Source of the DNA: Protoeuglena noctilucae
Taxonomy: Eukaryota
Reading direction: 5' to 3'
Length of the DNA stretch: 64,000 nt
NCBI GenBank assembly: GCA_958009085.1
Contig: OY253672.1
Span: 1,178,001 to 1,242,000, forward strand
Below are positions 61,101 to 64,000 of this stretch, in pieces; within the stretch, counting starts at the first letter, position 1, and every line of letters begins with the position of its first letter. The position numbers were made by a program, and so were the translations under genes. Under the pieces are notes generated by a model. The model was not told where the DNA came from. It saw only the letters and a program-made list of their open reading frames with translations, and made no database searches.

Positions 61101-63709
61101 GGCAGGAATCTATCGATATTATCAATATCGATATGAGGGTAGCAGTCAGGGTGTAATTGGTCCGACCAGACAGGCCCGGCGTTGTCTGCGGATTGCTAGC
61201 CCAACCACACCTCTGGGGTCGCCTGGGCCCTCTGCACCAGCTCCCCCAGCACAGCCTTCCTCTCGCTCTCTGTGCTGCCCTCCATCGCGTCGTCCTCCTG
61301 CATGACACACAGGAGGGCTTGACATGTGAACGGCAAAGATGCAATCATCGCCTTGCAACTGTAACATACGCGCGAGGTGAGTGGCAGCCGGCCCGAACGT
61401 GCTACGTGCTGTCTCTTCTGCCATGGCCCGTCACCGTCGCATGCGCCTCACCTGTCCCTTCAAGGAGAGGTGACGGGAGAGGACGTCCGCGGCCAGCTCC
61501 ACCCACCGCGCCCCGCGAGCGGACAGGCGGGCGTGCGGGTCCCGTGGCTCAAACAGCGTACCCGGACTCCGCTCAGCCGAAACCAGCAGAGGGAGGATGA
61601 TGCTCTCCCACCACGCCCGCGCCGTCACGACGTCACCCTCCAAGGCATCGCCTTTGCTCAAAACAGAGAGGAGGGACACTGCGGGTCAGAGTCAAGGCAG
61701 GGCGCGTGACAGCAGGCCCTCAGTGGATGCGACAAGTGTCTAATTGTGGTCTCCTATCCGCATCGGCACTCACGGATCGAGTCCATAATGGTCGCCGACT
61801 TCTTGCGGCTGGCAACCAGGGTGCGCACGCTCGTCAAGAGCCTCGGGAGGAACTGCGCATGGCGAGGCATGGGAAGCGGCACTGAGATGAACGGCACTTT
61901 TGGCCAGCAGACTCTCGTTGCACAGGGTTTGGGAACTGCCGAGGCTGCCTGGGGTACTTGCACTGGGCCCTGGCATATGGGCCACGACACAAAGCACTGG
62001 CTCACCGCAAACGTGGTCTCGTCGCTGCCCGCCATGGCGATGTCATTGGTGAGGCAGTACGACAGGTCCACGACCAGGGCCTGCGTCCCTAGCAGCGCCG
62101 TAAGGCACCCCAGCACTGCGCGGGCGGAACGCAGGGGCGGGTGCTTAGATGCGGTGTTGTCATGCCGCTGCATCGGCCAACACCCCTCCCGTGTCGCCAC
62201 TCGCACCGTTCTGTACGATGCCGGTCAGTGGAGACGCAGCCAGGCCTGGCAGTGCCCTGGTCATACCCTCGAGGATATGCAGTTGGGTGCGGCAGTACGG
62301 ACGGGGGCAGGCATGCTTGGGATCCTTGTGCTCTTTGCGGGGGTGCGCAGTGAGCCCCAAAGACATGCACACGGCGCAACTCTCGTCTTCGTCCGTTTCT
62401 CGGTCCGTCCACGACCCCGGGTAGCCCTCTGCGCGGCACGAAACGCCCCTGATGAGATAAGGAGGAGTGGCGCAGACGGGCCAGCACCCAGCCGCGCACG
62501 CCCACGCACCGATCAACAGGCACAGCGTCTCCAGAGTGTGTAGAGATTCCTTGGTTAGACCCGTCCGCTCGATCTGCATGCGCACGTGCGCCCTGTTCAG
62601 TGCAACACGCTCTGTGCGGCAGCCCATCCCATCGCAAGGCATCCGGCTGCCGCAGGGCGTACCTCGCTCAGACAGTGCCGGATGAGGGCGTCGAAGGTCT
62701 CCGGGTACCCCCTAGCGCAGTAGTCGGGGACGGGGAGCAAGTGGACGCGGAGCAGCAGGGCGAAGTCCTTGTAAGCTGGCATGTCCGGGGAAAGGGAGGT
62801 CAGTCCCAGCCAGCACATGTCAAACAGGGTCCGCGCCACGCGCAGGAGGCGCCGGGGTTTGCCCGCTGCGTCCCCATCTGCGTTCGTTACGGCCTCCCGC
62901 AGCAGCCGGATGAGCGAGGCGTCCGGGCCCCTCTTCTTGTTCTGGGATTTCTCCAGTTCCGCTTCGCACGCGGCGCAGATCTTCTTCACCAGGTTATGCC
63001 ACGACTCGACGGGGGAAGGGCTTCCTGCGAGGGAGGGGAGGGGCGGGCGGGCGTGGTGAAGGCGCTTGCAGGGACAGACGGCAGGCATCAGACCTGTTGG
63101 CCAGTCCGCACGCTCACGGCGCCCTTTGGAGCCGGCACCGCAGTGCCGGCGGGCGCCGGCATTCGGATCGACGGGCTGCAGCGGTCATCATATGCACGCT
63201 GCAAGCGCGGGGGCCCACGCGCAGCAGGGCTGCCGCGGCACCTCGGCTTGAAAACCACTCTCAGCGAAAAGATCGTCACCGGGCAAGCCCTCGGATTTGG
63301 CTACGTATCGTCAAGGACGCCGCGGCGGCCATGCGCGGGTGGGCGAAACATGTTTGCCAGGCCCGAGCCCGCCGGGGGCCCGACTCTGCCCCAGGCGTCC
63401 GGGCTGGCGGAGGAGTGCAACGCGCCCCAACCGATTCCATATATGCCCGGTCACAGTGGGAGGAGCCTTGACTTCCGGCTCCCCCAAGAGGGCATCGGGC
63501 GGGGAAAACACAGCTCGCTTTGCAGGCGATGGGTGGGCTGTGCTCGGCGCCGACGACCATGTACCTGCTCTGAGCTCCAGCGCGTTCTTATGGAGGATCG
63601 CGACCTCGTTGGGCCGATGCAGGTAGGCCTGAAGCTCTGCGGTGGCCTCACGGCGATCGCGGAGTTTGTCTGACGCGAGGGCCTCCAAGAGGCGCTTGAT
63701 GCGAGACAT
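52131..63709 (-). CDS. ATM: Serine/threonine-protein kinase ATM (PIKK family), multi-exon
   Basis: TAN-like N-terminus LEALASDKLRDRREA. FAT region YWLDVSYVTMAEAAL...EPDGVYG and ASYKFLPLAYQIASR. Kinase VGGVNSPK...QLVKSGGDDLRQDAVMQQMF and LGLGDRHSSNIL...[62 protein letters not shown] followed by TAA. Confidence 0.95.
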
Positions 63710-64000
63710 GGTGCGCAGCCCTCTCTTCCCCGAGCACTACGCGCATCATCTGAGCATCTCCATGCTCCAGATGTGCGTCGCGCTGGGTGGAGTCGGTAAA
63801 CACATGGACGTCTAGGGCGGGGGAGCTGCTCGCGATGCACGCCGAGCGGGCACAGAGATCGGCGGCGCGGGCCGTCTTGTGAGCTTTCAGAGGTCAAGGA
63901 TTTCCCTCCATCCAGCGAAACGGTCAGTTCACGGGCATTCCAGGCACTGGCGCTCAGCCGTCAGTGTGTGCACCGCCTGGGGATCGCCAAAACGCGTGCA

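Noticed and set aside
1..64000. Introner elements, transposons, CRISPR arrays, rRNA or tRNA genes
   Set aside because: By eye the introns share no extended similarity or terminal repeats, and I saw no transposase/RT motifs, repeat-spacer arrays or structural RNA signatures. An all-versus-all intron alignment and Infernal/tRNAscan-SE would be needed to exclude them formally.
1..64000. Stop-codon reassignment (non-standard genetic code)
   Set aside because: TAA, TAG and TGA each end conserved proteins at expected positions (ATM, LSM2, SMC1), and apparent internal stops are explained by introns.

Overview
This is a gene-dense, very GC-rich eukaryotic nuclear window with many short introns. Plastid-targeted genes (RbcX, DUF1499) and basal-body/flagellar genes (zeta-tubulin, TEDC1, IQCH) point to a flagellated green alga (Chlorophyta); this is inferred, not confirmed. 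I can support 21 protein-coding genes: NOT1 (partial), DUF1499, zeta/eta-tubulin, a UBA-PUB protein, IQCH, a peptidoglycan-binding-domain membrane protein, LSM2, RAB7, a PXA/PX sorting nexin, a Bfr1/PPI-like protein (runs into a 200-N gap), RbcX, SMC1, SNM1/PSO2, DPM3, SPC25, an unknown thylakoid-targeted repeat protein, an F-box/ankyrin protein, a hypothetical membrane protein, TEDC1, a Maf-like protein and ATM. I saw no rRNA, tRNA, CRISPR array or recognisable transposon. The most interesting signals are: (1) DPM3 and SNM1 separated by only 8 nt on the same strand, a candidate bicistronic mRNA, with other tight tandem pairs nearby; (2) very frequent non-canonical GC-AG introns; (3) an orphan thylakoid membrane protein with a repeated short motif, a speculative pyrenoid/Rubisco tether; (4) a strongly strand-alternating gene layout with very short convergent gaps. 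Gene models were assembled by eye and family calls come from motif recognition, not database searches. CDS coordinates span first to last coding base, introns included.
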